A DNA stretch of 64,000 bases from an uncultured bacterium (GTDB lineage: Bacteria > Patescibacteriota > JAHJAL01). The notes below the pieces were generated by a model that searched no databases, was not told the DNA's origin, and worked only from the letters and a program-made list of their open reading frames with translations. The position numbers and the translations under genes were made by a program. Position 1 is the first letter of the stretch. Every line of letters starts with the position of its first letter. The stretch spans positions 15,342 to 79,341 of the forward strand of contig CALKWM010000017.1 of NCBI GenBank assembly GCA_938004065.1, in the 5' to 3' direction. This document shows positions 20,747 to 34,704 of this stretch, piece after piece.

Positions 20747-22183
20747 TTATTTTTTCTCCATTTCCGATGTTATAACTTTTTTAATCTCATCCACATTCCC
20801 ACCTCCTTGTAAATTCTTCTTCACGTATCCGATAAAAAAATTTACCACAGCTGATCTTTTTTCACTATTCTTTTTATACAATTCAATCTGTTTTGGATTC
20901 TCAACTGCAAATTTTGCAAATATTTCACTATAAATATTATCCTCGATATTATTTAAAGAACACAAATATTTATCTAAATCAGCAATCTCTCCTGTTATAT
21001 TTTTTTTCCAAGCTTCTGTAAATTGTGCTTTACTTATTTTGCTTGCCAAATATGCTTTGATTAATTGAAGCAACACTTCCTGATCAATTTTCTCCCACCT
21101 AAGTTTATTTTCAACTATAAATGGCCTAACAATAAACAAAATCAATTTTGCCAAATCATTTTGAGAATTATTTGAAATTCTTTCGTTCATAACTGTAAAC
21201 AACAATCGGGCATTGCCATCTTTGGTCAACAAAATAGCCAGATTATTATCAATACTATACAAACTAGACAATTCACTTGTTACATCAGACAAAGATTTTG
21301 GCATTTCCACTTTTATTTTTTCTATCATTTCCTCATTTATCTCTATCGTCGGTAAATCCGGTTCCGGGAAATATCTATAGTCATGTGCATGTTCTTTTTT
21401 TCTTTGACTATACGTAACCAGTTTTACCGCATCAAAACCCCTGGTCTCTTTTATAATTTTTTCTTTATTATTATATGCCTCTTTTTGTCTCGCAAATTCA
21501 TGCGTCAACGCTTTTTCAACATTTTTAAATGAATTCATATTTTTTATTTCCACCACTTCACCCAATTGCACACCACCATCATCAACCAAGCTAATATTGG
21601 CATCACACCTTAATTCTCCCAACTGCATTCTTGCCTTAGATACTTTATTCCAAATCAATATCTCTCTCAATAACTTCAAATACTCACTCGCCATTCTGGG
21701 TGAATCAATATCTGGCTCACTTACAATCTCCATCAACGGTATCCCCGAACGGTTAAAATCTATCAATGTCTGATTAACCGCATGAGTCAATTTACCGGTA
21801 TCTTCTTCCAAATGTACTCGATTTATTCTAATAATCCTTTTCTTACCATCAATTTCTACCACCAATTTCCCATTTAAACCGATTGGATAAAAAAACTGTG
21901 AAATTTGATAACCTTTTGGTAAATCAGGATAAAAATAATTTTTACGATCAAATCTGGCTATTTTTTGTACCTGGCAATCCAAAGCCATAGAAGCCACAAT
22001 CCCCAACTCAACTGCCCGTTTGTTTAGTACCGGCAATGCTCCCGGTAAACCCAAACACGTAGGACACACCAAAACATTGGGATCCTTCAAATTATTGTCC
22101 GCCAAACATCGACAAAACATCTTAGATTTTGTTGCCAACTGCACATGCACTTCCAAACCAATTTTTGCTTTAAAATCTTTCAT
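20747..22183 (-). CDS. gatB: Asp/Glu-tRNA(Asn/Gln) amidotransferase subunit B
   Basis: 478 aa with the N-terminal GLEVHVQLATKSKMFCRC typical of GatB, plus a GatB/YqeY C-terminal domain. Confidence 0.9.
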   Translation of the reverse strand: MKDFKAKIGLEVHVQLATKSKMFCRCLADNNLKDPNVLVCPTCLGLPGALPVLNKRAVELGIVASMALDCQVQKIARFDRKNYFYPDLPKGYQISQFFYPIGLNGKLVVEIDGKKRIIRINRVHLEEDTGKLTHAVNQTLIDFNRSGIPLMEIVSEPDIDSPRMASEYLKLLREILIWNKVSKARMQLGELRCDANISLVDDGGVQLGEVVEIKNMNSFKNVEKALTHEFARQKEAYNNKEKIIKETRGFDAVKLVTYSQRKKEHAHDYRYFPEPDLPTIEINEEMIEKIKVEMPKSLSDVTSELSSLYSIDNNLAILLTKDGNARLLFTVMNERISNNSQNDLAKLILFIVRPFIVENKLRWEKIDQEVLLQLIKAYLASKISKAQFTEAWKKNITGEIADLDKYLCSLNNIEDNIYSEIFAKFAVENPKQIELYKKNSEKRSAVVNFFIGYVKKNLQGGGNVDEIKKVITSEMEKK

Positions 22184-22201
22184 TAAAAAATTTTCTATAA
22201 A

Positions 22202-22630
22202 TCAAATCACATATCCCAGATCACGAAAAACCTTTTTAAAATCTCCAACCGTTCTATAACACAAGTCACGCCCTGGATCAAAATCAACTTCATGCGCTAT
22301 TTTATTTCTCAACTTATGTGCCTCCCACGCCAAATTATAATTTTTTTTGTCTCGAAATATCGATCTGGCAACCTTCAATCTGGAACCCAGGTTTTCTCCG
22401 TTGACTCTTGATTTTAAAACCATATCCAACAGTTTATCTGCTTCCATTACTGCTTGTTTAGATTCGGCCAGATTATTGCTACCAATCAATTTATCAATCT
22501 TTTGCCAATATTTGGCAAAATCTTGTTGCTTCAAACCAATTTTTTTGGGTTTGAAATAGATCAAAACAAACACCGCGCCAATAGCCAACAAACCTGCAAC
22601 GCCAAAAATTATTAATAGCCAGTAATTCAT
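22202..22630 (-). CDS. Hypothetical membrane-anchored protein
   Basis: 142 aa with an N-terminal TM (LLIIFGVAGLLAIGAVFVLIYF). No recognisable domain. Confidence 0.35.
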   Translation of the reverse strand: MNYWLLIIFGVAGLLAIGAVFVLIYFKPKKIGLKQQDFAKYWQKIDKLIGSNNLAESKQAVMEADKLLDMVLKSRVNGENLGSRLKVARSIFRDKKNYNLAWEAHKLRNKIAHEVDFDPGRDLCYRTVGDFKKVFRDLGYVI

Positions 22631-22661
22631 TATTCTCTCTTATTAATTTAATACTTTAATA

Positions 22662-23567
22662 CTATGGCATCATTTCCACGTTAACATTATTTCCCGCCCC
22701 GGTATCCACCTGTAAATCCTCAATCTTAAACGGTACATTGTTTTCACCTTCCACCACAATCGACATATCTTGCTCACCAACTTTCGTCATATCTTCCTCC
22801 AAACTTTCCGTTGCTTCCGTTTCTAAAATATCTATTGAATTTATTATCACACTCTCGATCGGCCGGTCATTGTCGCCAGTCTCAGCATTCGCAATCAAAC
22901 TTACCACCTCCATTCCTCCAATCACCTCACCAAAAACAGTATGCCGACCATTCAAATGAACTTGATCCGACTCGGTAACGATAAAAAATTGACTGCCATT
23001 GGAATTGGGACCACTATTGGCCATTGCGATCACACCCTTTGTCACCGGTTTTGATTGTAAATCATAATTATAAACATATCCTTCCGACTCCAATGCGGAA
23101 ATTTCATCCTGACTTAAACCCAAACTGATAGGGTTAATCTCGTCATCGAATTTCCCACCCCAAAAACTCTCACCACCCATACCATCATTGGTTGGATCAT
23201 CATCTTTGCTGTTTGGGTCACCTCCCTGAATCATAAAATCCGCAATAACCCGATGAAATAACGTTCCATCATAATAACCTTTTTTTGCCAAACCAACAAA
23301 GTTTTCCACCGTTTTGGGAGCTGATTTTTTATCTAACCCCAACCTGATATCACCCATTGAAGTATGCATTACAGCTTCATATTGCTTATTATCATCCATT
23401 TTATCCATCCTTTTTTGATACCAATTATTTAACCAAAATCCACCTATCACAATTACCAACACCGAAATTATCGAAGTAAAAAAAAGCTTTTGATTCTCTT
23501 TATTCTTCTTTTCTTTTTCAATCTTTTCAATTTTTCTTAACTTCTTGAATTTTTGCGATCTTCCCAT
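22662..23567 (-). CDS. Cyclophilin-type peptidyl-prolyl cis-trans isomerase, membrane anchored
   Basis: 301 aa with an N-terminal Lys-rich segment and a TM, followed by a cyclophilin domain (FHRVIADFMIQGGDP; SMANSGPNSNGSQFFI). Confidence 0.8.
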   Translation of the reverse strand: MGRSQKFKKLRKIEKIEKEKKNKENQKLFFTSIISVLVIVIGGFWLNNWYQKRMDKMDDNKQYEAVMHTSMGDIRLGLDKKSAPKTVENFVGLAKKGYYDGTLFHRVIADFMIQGGDPNSKDDDPTNDGMGGESFWGGKFDDEINPISLGLSQDEISALESEGYVYNYDLQSKPVTKGVIAMANSGPNSNGSQFFIVTESDQVHLNGRHTVFGEVIGGMEVVSLIANAETGDNDRPIESVIINSIDILETEATESLEEDMTKVGEQDMSIVVEGENNVPFKIEDLQVDTGAGNNVNVEMMP

Positions 23568-23624
23568 GATATAAAAAATTAAACATATATTATCTGCTTG
23601 ATTATTTGCTTTATTTAACCATCA

Positions 23625-25082
23625 CTAACTATATTTTTCCGGTTTATAACAAAAAATTCCTTCATTCTCCAGACTCTTGGCCATCAACAAAATATTTTCC
23701 TCGTCAAACCATTTTCCCACAATTTGTATTCCAACAGGTAAACCGTTAACCAAGCCAGCCGGCACATTTATTGCCGGCAAACCCACCAAACTCACACCCA
23801 CAGTCATAATATCCGAAAGATACATTTGCAATGGATCACTAACTTTCTCACCAATCTTGAAAGCTGTAAACGGTGAAGTTAACCCCAATAACAAATCATA
23901 TTGGTCAAACATTTTTTTTGCCTTTTTAATCAGAATCGTTCTCGCTTTAGCCGCCTTCTGGAAATAATCATCATAATACCCCGAGGAAAGAGAATACGTA
24001 CCAAGCATAATCCTTCTTTTGACTTCATCGCCAAAACCTTTTTCTCTATTTGAAGAAACCAAATCACTGTTAATTTGATCTTTTTCTACACCAAATCCAT
24101 AACGTATCCCATCATATCGGGCCAAATTGGCACTACACTCCGAAGGTTGAATAATATAATAAATCGGGATCGACATTTCTAACTCACTCCATGAAACTTC
24201 GTCAACTTGACTACCAATTTTTTTCAACTTTTCCACCACATCCTCAAGAACAGTCTTTAATTCTATATCAGCTTTTTCATACAGTTCTTTCACTAATGCT
24301 ATCTTTAAACCAACCACTCTGTCAGTCCTGGAAAAATCAATTTCCTCAACACTTATTTTTTCCGTCATTGAGTCCTTTACATCCCAACCAGCAATTACTT
24401 CGTATATTTTAGCCAGATCATCGACATTTCGTGCAAATGGACCAATCTGATCCAAACTGGAACCCAGCGCCATCGCACCATACCTGCTAACTCGTCCGTA
24501 AGTCGGTTTCAAACCATAAAGACCACACAAACTAGCCGGCTGTCTGATTGAACCTCCGGTATCAGTCCCTAGAGATGCTATACACATACCGCTTGCCACA
24601 CTTGCCGCCGAACCGCTACTGCTACCACCCGGCACTCGCTCCAAATCCCATGGATTTTTTGTAACACCAAAAGCTGAATTTTCACCTGATGAGCCCATCG
24701 CGAACTCATCCATATTGGCTTTTCCCAGAATTATCGCCCCCTCATCAATTAACCTCTGCACAGCTGTCGCCGTATATGGAGAACGATAATTGGCCAGCAT
24801 CTTTGAGCCGGACGTAGTAATCGTTCCTTGTAAATTCAAAATGTCTTTAATAACAACCGGTACTCCTTCCAATTTTCTTTCAATACTAGCATCATACCTT
24901 TCTTGAGACTCTTTGGCTTTTCTATCAATCTCATCTTTATCAAAACTCAAAATTGCATTCAAATCCGTATTTATTTTTTCCATCCGTTCTACATAAAAAC
25001 CAAGGATCTCCTCGACCCCAAAATCTTTTTTTTGAAATCCTCTTCTTAACTCTGAAATGTTTATATCTAAAAAATCTATCAT
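23625..25082 (-). CDS. gatA: Glu-tRNA(Gln) amidotransferase subunit A
   Basis: 485 aa with the amidase signature GGSSSGSAASVASG and a Ser-cisSer-Lys triad context. Confidence 0.9.
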   Translation of the reverse strand: MIDFLDINISELRRGFQKKDFGVEEILGFYVERMEKINTDLNAILSFDKDEIDRKAKESQERYDASIERKLEGVPVVIKDILNLQGTITTSGSKMLANYRSPYTATAVQRLIDEGAIILGKANMDEFAMGSSGENSAFGVTKNPWDLERVPGGSSSGSAASVASGMCIASLGTDTGGSIRQPASLCGLYGLKPTYGRVSRYGAMALGSSLDQIGPFARNVDDLAKIYEVIAGWDVKDSMTEKISVEEIDFSRTDRVVGLKIALVKELYEKADIELKTVLEDVVEKLKKIGSQVDEVSWSELEMSIPIYYIIQPSECSANLARYDGIRYGFGVEKDQINSDLVSSNREKGFGDEVKRRIMLGTYSLSSGYYDDYFQKAAKARTILIKKAKKMFDQYDLLLGLTSPFTAFKIGEKVSDPLQMYLSDIMTVGVSLVGLPAINVPAGLVNGLPVGIQIVGKWFDEENILLMAKSLENEGIFCYKPEKYS

Positions 25083-25609
25083 TTCTTTATTTTAATACCC
25101 TTCCTCATCAAATATTCTTCCGGATTATTATCCAAATCAATATATTCATCTACCACTTCCTTTAACTTTGCCGAAGTTGATTTGCCAAAAGACACCACCT
25201 CAACTCGTAAACCCAGAAACTGCAAATACTGTATCAATGGTATATAATCACCATCACCGCTAATCAAAACCATCGCATCCATTTTCACTGACATTTTTAT
25301 CATATCAATTGCAATTCCCACATCCCAGTCAGCTTTTTTCTGACCACCGGCAAAAATTTGTAAATCTTTTGATTTAATCTCATATCCGGCTTTCTTCAAT
25401 GCCTCAAAAAACCCTTTCTCCTCCTCAATTCCCGACTCCACTACATATGCCAACGCTCTGATTAAATTTCTCCCCCTGACTGCCGTTGAAAGAACTTGCT
25501 CAAAATTTACTCTCGATTTATATAAATGCTTGGCAGTATGGTAAACATTTTGCACATCGACAAAAACCGCCACTCTTTGATGAGGGTTAACAAAATCATT
25601 CATTATCAA
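25079..25609 (-). CDS. NYN-domain (LabA/DUF88-like) protein, predicted RNase
   Basis: 176 aa. The N-terminus VAVFVDVQNVYH and later LISGDGDYIPL fit the NYN/LabA-like PIN-related fold. It overlaps gatC by 14 nt and gatA by 4 nt (ATGA). Confidence 0.65.
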   Translation of the reverse strand: MIMNDFVNPHQRVAVFVDVQNVYHTAKHLYKSRVNFEQVLSTAVRGRNLIRALAYVVESGIEEEKGFFEALKKAGYEIKSKDLQIFAGGQKKADWDVGIAIDMIKMSVKMDAMVLISGDGDYIPLIQYLQFLGLRVEVVSFGKSTSAKLKEVVDEYIDLDNNPEEYLMRKGIKIKK

Positions 25610-25892
25610 ATACTCCTTTTGTTATAAAATTTGCTAAATCTTTATCTTTGGCCAAAACCAAAATATCTTCCCTTTTCAATCCCTTCTCGATTTCATCATC
25701 TTGCATCACATTACAGTTTCCACTTACCTGATATGTCGGTGAAATATCATTGGTATCTACTTGCTGTAAAACCTCCACATATTTCAAAATACTCTGCATA
25801 TCATGAGCATATTTTTCCAAATCCGCCTCATTGATTCCAATTCGCGCCAACAAAGCCACATGTTTTACTTCTTCTTTAGTGATTTTGGTCAT
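25596..25892 (-). CDS. gatC: Asp/Glu-tRNA(Asn/Gln) amidotransferase subunit C
   Basis: 98 aa (ITKEEVKHVALLARIGINEADLEKY...) typical of GatC. Confidence 0.75.
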   Translation of the reverse strand: MTKITKEEVKHVALLARIGINEADLEKYAHDMQSILKYVEVLQQVDTNDISPTYQVSGNCNVMQDDEIEKGLKREDILVLAKDKDLANFITKGVFDNE

Positions 25893-25920
25893 TGTTACAC
25901 ATAAATTATTTCTATACGTC

Positions 25921-29840
<3,920 letters not shown>

Positions 29841-30037
29841 TTCCTCCTCATAATATGATTATAAACAATCACCTGAAGTTATTCCAATCAAAAAAATATC
29901 TATAAATATTAATACTTTTTGGAGTCTGTTAAATATTGCATATTTTTCTTCACTTAAAAAATATGCATCCCACCATCCCTTCCATTTCAGATATAATTAA
30001 TATACAATATGAAAAATTTCAATAATAACAGCACAAC

Positions 30038-31369
30038 ATGTACATTCAATACAATTTCAAAAAAATCGTCATCGGTTACATCATTGGTATATTCATCTTT
30101 ATTCTCTCTGCTTTTTTAATAATTATGTATTCCCTTGGTTATCGTTTCAATTACCAAAATTATAACATCGAAAAAACCGGCATCGTCCGTTTGGACCCGA
30201 TTAACAAAAATTACCAAGTATCGATAGACGGCGAACCGGTAAATGATAAATATATCTCCAAAACGACTCAGATTGATAACCTACAACCCGATTATTATAC
30301 AATCGAAATTATTGCTGAAAATTTTCAAAAGTGGCAAAAAAATATCAAAATATTACCAAACCAAATCACCAATATTTATGACATTTTCCTCATGCCCGAA
30401 CATACCAAAACCTCCGAAATCAGTTACTTTGATCAATACACCACCAATGAAAAATACCAACTAGTTGCCTTTGCCACTACAGACAAACTACAAATTTTAA
30501 ACTTCATTTCCGAAAAAATTCAAACTCCCAACAACATCAAAATAAATGCTTCTTCAAAAATTGACTGGATCAATGAAGAACTTCTCGCCATCACCAATTC
30601 CAATCCCGAAGAAACATATATTCAAATTCTCAATCCCTTCAATAACAATATATCCAGTACGACTATCCCTTTCTCAATAAACGCCACCGACATTATCGGC
30701 ACCTTACCCTTGCAAGAATCAACCATTATCTTTTACTTTGATAACGATCTCTACACTACCAATTTAACCACCAACACTCCTCCACAAATTCTCGTTGAAA
30801 ATATCTACTCCCCCATCATTTTCAATGGTAACCTGTATTATTTACCTAATCCCGACAACTCATCGGAAATTATTATCCAAAATCTCACTCTCAAAAACAC
30901 TTCCAATTTCACCCTGCCGATTGTATCGTCATCTTTTCAAAATATTCCCAATTCTGATTTTATAGTTACCAAAAATTCCACTCAAAACTATATCATCAAC
31001 ATCTCCAACTCGACTTCATATCCACTTAGCAACGTCAACCAAACGATCTTGTCTCCCGATGGTAAAAATCTTGTTTCTATAAACAATCAGGAAATAATCG
31101 TTTCCGATATCGAGCGACAATTTTTTACTAATACTATTTTGAGATTATCAACCCATTTAAACAACATTATCCTCCTCGACTCAAGAAACATCATTTACTC
31201 CAGCACCAATCAAATATCTCGCATCGAAATCGACGGAGACAATCACAACATTATCGAAGAAAATGATAATGCAAACTATAACGTGATTTTTGCTAACAAA
31301 AACAAAATATTGGCTATCCAGTCAATAGAAAATCAATATTTACTTAAATACATCAACCTAACTATCTAA
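30038..31369 (+). CDS. Membrane-anchored protein with a PEGA-like domain and an Asn/Ile/Thr-rich extracellular region
   Basis: 443 aa with an N-terminal TM. The segment VSIDGEPVNDKYISKTTQIDNLQPDYYTIEI resembles PEGA. The remainder is low complexity and N-rich. Confidence 0.45.
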   Translation: MYIQYNFKKIVIGYIIGIFIFILSAFLIIMYSLGYRFNYQNYNIEKTGIVRLDPINKNYQVSIDGEPVNDKYISKTTQIDNLQPDYYTIEIIAENFQKWQKNIKILPNQITNIYDIFLMPEHTKTSEISYFDQYTTNEKYQLVAFATTDKLQILNFISEKIQTPNNIKINASSKIDWINEELLAITNSNPEETYIQILNPFNNNISSTTIPFSINATDIIGTLPLQESTIIFYFDNDLYTTNLTTNTPPQILVENIYSPIIFNGNLYYLPNPDNSSEIIIQNLTLKNTSNFTLPIVSSSFQNIPNSDFIVTKNSTQNYIINISNSTSYPLSNVNQTILSPDGKNLVSINNQEIIVSDIERQFFTNTILRLSTHLNNIILLDSRNIIYSSTNQISRIEIDGDNHNIIEENDNANYNVIFANKNKILAIQSIENQYLLKYINLTI

Positions 31370-31376
31370 TATCGTT

Positions 31377-32069
31377 TTAATTTATCTGCTTTGCTATTAC
31401 GATAAAACGCTGTAGATTGGTGCCAAGCGGAGTACAAGTCATCAAAGTTAACCGTCTATCATTTCCTTGTTCCAAAACACTCAGATCTGTTGGTTCTACC
31501 ACCTTGGTTTCTATCACCTGATAAATATATAAATCATCATCATGATAAGCCAATATTTTATCCTCAATTTTTATCTGCTCCAAATTGGCAAATATACTGG
31601 AATAATTTGACCAATCCCACCAATAATTCGAACTATGACCAAAAATAAAACTATTTCCGACTTCACCCGGTACCGCCGTAAATGGATAATGTCCCACCCC
31701 CTCTTTCAATTTTTGTTGTAAAACTGAATCATCCGTACTATCCAGATAAATTATCGGTGCTTCTATTCGTAAACTTGGAATTACCAACATCTCATCATTG
31801 TATTTGCCGAAATAATCTCGATACCACAATCTGGCTTCATCACTCAAAAATATTTGATCAAAGTTTTTTGCATCCCATACCAAGGCATTGTCCAAACTTA
31901 TCTTTGCTTTAGCTTCCACTTGATTTAGAACGCTGTCACTTCTGGAAACCAACAATCTTTTGGATACTGCGGGAAAATTCATTATTACATACACCAAAAA
32001 AACCACGGAAACAACCGAGACCGACCACCATATGATATTTTTCAGCATTTGAAGTATTTTATTATCCAT
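31377..32069 (-). CDS. Sortase-family transpeptidase
   Basis: 230 aa with an N-terminal TM and sortase catalytic motifs: GHYPFTAVPGEVGNSFIFGHS (His), LTLMTCTP (TLxTC Cys) and a downstream Arg. Confidence 0.8.
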   Translation of the reverse strand: MDNKILQMLKNIIWWSVSVVSVVFLVYVIMNFPAVSKRLLVSRSDSVLNQVEAKAKISLDNALVWDAKNFDQIFLSDEARLWYRDYFGKYNDEMLVIPSLRIEAPIIYLDSTDDSVLQQKLKEGVGHYPFTAVPGEVGNSFIFGHSSNYWWDWSNYSSIFANLEQIKIEDKILAYHDDDLYIYQVIETKVVEPTDLSVLEQGNDRRLTLMTCTPLGTNLQRFIVIAKQIN

Positions 32070-32181
32070 ATTCTATTATTTTTGTAACTACCTAACTATA
32101 TTATCATATTTTTCTATTATAGTCAAGTTTTTAATCCAACACCATAATAAATAACATCTCGTAATAAAGCAACCCACAATC

Positions 32182-32210
32182 TTGCAGGTTTTAGCAAAAA
32201 AAAGTATAGT
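32182..32210 (+). promoter_or_regulatory. Putative promoter of tRNA-Leu
   Basis: TTGCAG-N17-TATAGT (with TATAAA immediately after) 19-47 nt upstream of the tRNA 5' end. Confidence 0.35.
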
Positions 32211-32228
32211 ATAAATACTTAACATTTT

Positions 32229-32312
32229 GCCGGAGTGGCGGAACTGGTAGACGCGCACGACTCAAAATCGTGTGGAGTCCCCTCCATGTGAGTTCGATTC
32301 TCACCTCCGGCA
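32229..32312 (+). tRNA. tRNA-Leu (anticodon CAA)
   Basis: GCCGGAG acceptor stem, GGTAGA D-loop, anticodon loop CTCAAAA, a long variable arm (class II), a GTGAG-TTCGATT-CTCAC T-arm, and discriminator A. No CCA is encoded. Followed by a T-run. Confidence 0.9.
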
Positions 32313-32411
32313 TTTTTTTTTATAACCATATCTATAATTTTGTTTAATTAACCAAACGTTTTTGCTAATATATAATCATATAATACAGCAATCATTTGAT
32401 TTATAGTCATC

Positions 32412-32780
32412 ATGAAAATCAATCGACACTTTGTAAAAAACATCGTTCTAACCATTAGTTGGGGTATCCTTACATTTATCACCGATTCACTAATAATCAA
32501 CTATTACTGTATCGATCCCGGCAACATCAAGAGTACAGAGCTGTCTGATTTTTACGAACTTGAGATGTGCGTTCAAAGCAAAGAGATTATCATTGATAGT
32601 ATCTATATCTTCGCCGGACTTTTGGCCATTATTGGACTTTACCAACTTATCAGCTCTATCCGCCAAAAAAAAGATCCCAATCAGATTGATGACGCCAAAA
32701 ACCTAAGCTCGGCAGCTAAAGCACTCATAGCAATTTCCGTTAGTTTATTTATTATCATAAAAACATCAATTACATTTTAG
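32412..32780 (+). CDS. Hypothetical small membrane protein
   Basis: 122 aa with 3 predicted TM helices. No domain recognised. Lies on the strand opposite most genes and overlaps the glyA 3' end. Confidence 0.3.
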   Translation: MKINRHFVKNIVLTISWGILTFITDSLIINYYCIDPGNIKSTELSDFYELEMCVQSKEIIIDSIYIFAGLLAIIGLYQLISSIRQKKDPNQIDDAKNLSSAAKALIAISVSLFIIIKTSITF

Positions 32781-34013
32781 AGAGGGGACCGGAAATCTTT
32801 TTGTCAACTCCCCAACTTCATTTTGATATTGAGATATTTGCTCATCATTTACTTTTCTTTCGATCACATCCGCTACAATAGTAGCGATTTTTTTTATTTC
32901 CTGTTCTTTCATACCCCGAGTAGTAACCGCTGGAGTACCAAGTCTGATTCCCGAAGGATTAAAAGGTTTATTTTTATCATTTGGTATAACATTTTTATTA
33001 ACTACAATTCCAATTTTTTCCAAACCCTTTTCTACACTTATAGAATCAATACCACTTTTTGATACATCTATCAAAACTATATGATTTTCAGTTCCGCCCA
33101 TAACTAAATTTATATTTCTACTCTTCAATTCCTCAGCTAAAACTTGAGCATTGGCCAAAACCTGCTTCTGATATTGTATAAACTCACTTCTTGATGCCTC
33201 GCTCAAAGCAACTCCGACTCCCAATATATTATTTAAATGTGGGCCCCCTTGCAAACCGGGAAATACCGATCGATCAATTTGTTCCATCAATTCTTTTTTT
33301 GCATATATTAACGCCGACCTCGGTCCACGTAATGTTTTGTGCGTAGTAGTCATCACCACATCAGCCACCCCAAAACAACTAGGATGAACTTTAGCCGCCA
33401 TCAATCCGGAAATATGGGAAATATCGGCCAACATTAACGTTTGATACTTTTTGACCAAACTACCGATTTTTTCAAAATCAATTATTCCCGGGTAACTGGA
33501 CGAGCCAACCACCACTAACTTGGGCTTTTCCTCAACTAGCTTTTTCTCCAATTCAATCAAGTCAATTTTTCCCTCTTCATCCAATCCGTAATGACAAAAA
33601 TCAAACAATCGGCCACTAGCACTTACTTTATGTCCATGAGTCAAATGACCTCCATGATCCAATTTCATCGACAATATTTTATCACCTATATTCAATAACC
33701 CCAGATAAATTGCCAAATTAGCCGGACTACCGGAATATGGTTGCACATTCACCATCCAAATATCACTATCCAAGTCAAATAAATTTATAGCTAATTTTCT
33801 AACCCAATTTTCCATTTCATCTACCACGATATTTCCGGCATAATATCGTTTCGCAGGATAACCCTCTGCATATTTGTTGGTAAAAACACTTCCAAGCGCC
33901 CGTAAAACATCACCACTTACATAATTTTCAGAAGCAATCAAACTAATAGTATGCGACTGTCTTTCAATTTCTTTATTCAAATAATAACTATAATTTTGCA
34001 CAATATTATTCAT
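32766..34013 (-). CDS. glyA: Serine hydroxymethyltransferase
   Basis: 415 aa with the PLP-binding region TTTHKTLRGPR and HGGHLTHG. Confidence 0.95.
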   Translation of the reverse strand: MNNIVQNYSYYLNKEIERQSHTISLIASENYVSGDVLRALGSVFTNKYAEGYPAKRYYAGNIVVDEMENWVRKLAINLFDLDSDIWMVNVQPYSGSPANLAIYLGLLNIGDKILSMKLDHGGHLTHGHKVSASGRLFDFCHYGLDEEGKIDLIELEKKLVEEKPKLVVVGSSSYPGIIDFEKIGSLVKKYQTLMLADISHISGLMAAKVHPSCFGVADVVMTTTHKTLRGPRSALIYAKKELMEQIDRSVFPGLQGGPHLNNILGVGVALSEASRSEFIQYQKQVLANAQVLAEELKSRNINLVMGGTENHIVLIDVSKSGIDSISVEKGLEKIGIVVNKNVIPNDKNKPFNPSGIRLGTPAVTTRGMKEQEIKKIATIVADVIERKVNDEQISQYQNEVGELTKRFPVPSLKCN

Positions 34014-34704
34014 TAAAATTTCCTCTCCTTATAATTTGATAAGGTATTTTCGTTATATCCACCACCGCCGATGGTGAATTCTCACCCAAATCACCGGCAT
34101 CAATTAATACATCAATAGAATCTATTTCATCTTTAAAAAAACTCATTGCAAACTCGCTTGATGATCTTTCGATAGATACACCTGATTTATTGGCACTGGT
34201 AGATAAAATCGGAAAGTCACAATATTCACAAATTTGCTTTAAATAAACAAAATCTTTTACTATCCGAAAACCTACCCCACCGCAATCATTAACCACTTGT
34301 TTGGCAAAAACATCTCGATATTTATCTTTCAACCTCAATACAATAGTAACTGGTCCAGGTAAATTTTTACTGATAAATTCTCTCTCCAAACCACCAACCT
34401 TGACATATTTCTCTATAGTTTCAACACTATCAACCATTACTGACGATTTTTGAGAATCAGAACGATTTTTCAATTTATACACCAAATCCACTTTCTTCTG
34501 ATCAAAGGCATTACACCCTATGCCATATACTGTCTCGGTAGGATAAATCATTATCCCCCCTTTCTTCAATATTTCAGATATTTCCAAAATTTCAACTTCC
34601 GAAAGCATATTTTCTACCGGTTTAAAAATTTTCATTTTATCATTTCTTTTAATTTTTTTATTCTTTCTTCTACCGGTGGATGGGTCGAAAATAAATCTCC
34701 CCAA
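34006..34704 (-). CDS. tsaC: L-threonylcarbamoyladenylate synthase (YrdC/Sua5 family). The probable true start is the internal Met near 34635.
   Basis: YrdC fold motifs IYPTETVYGIGCNAF and TSANKSG. The extended N-terminus overlaps htpX by 73 nt. Confidence 0.75.
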   Translation of the reverse strand: MGRFIFDPSTGRRKNKKIKRNDKMKIFKPVENMLSEVEILEISEILKKGGIMIYPTETVYGIGCNAFDQKKVDLVYKLKNRSDSQKSSVMVDSVETIEKYVKVGGLEREFISKNLPGPVTIVLRLKDKYRDVFAKQVVNDCGGVGFRIVKDFVYLKQICEYCDFPILSTSANKSGVSIERSSSEFAMSFFKDEIDSIDVLIDAGDLGENSPSAVVDITKIPYQIIRRGNFNE

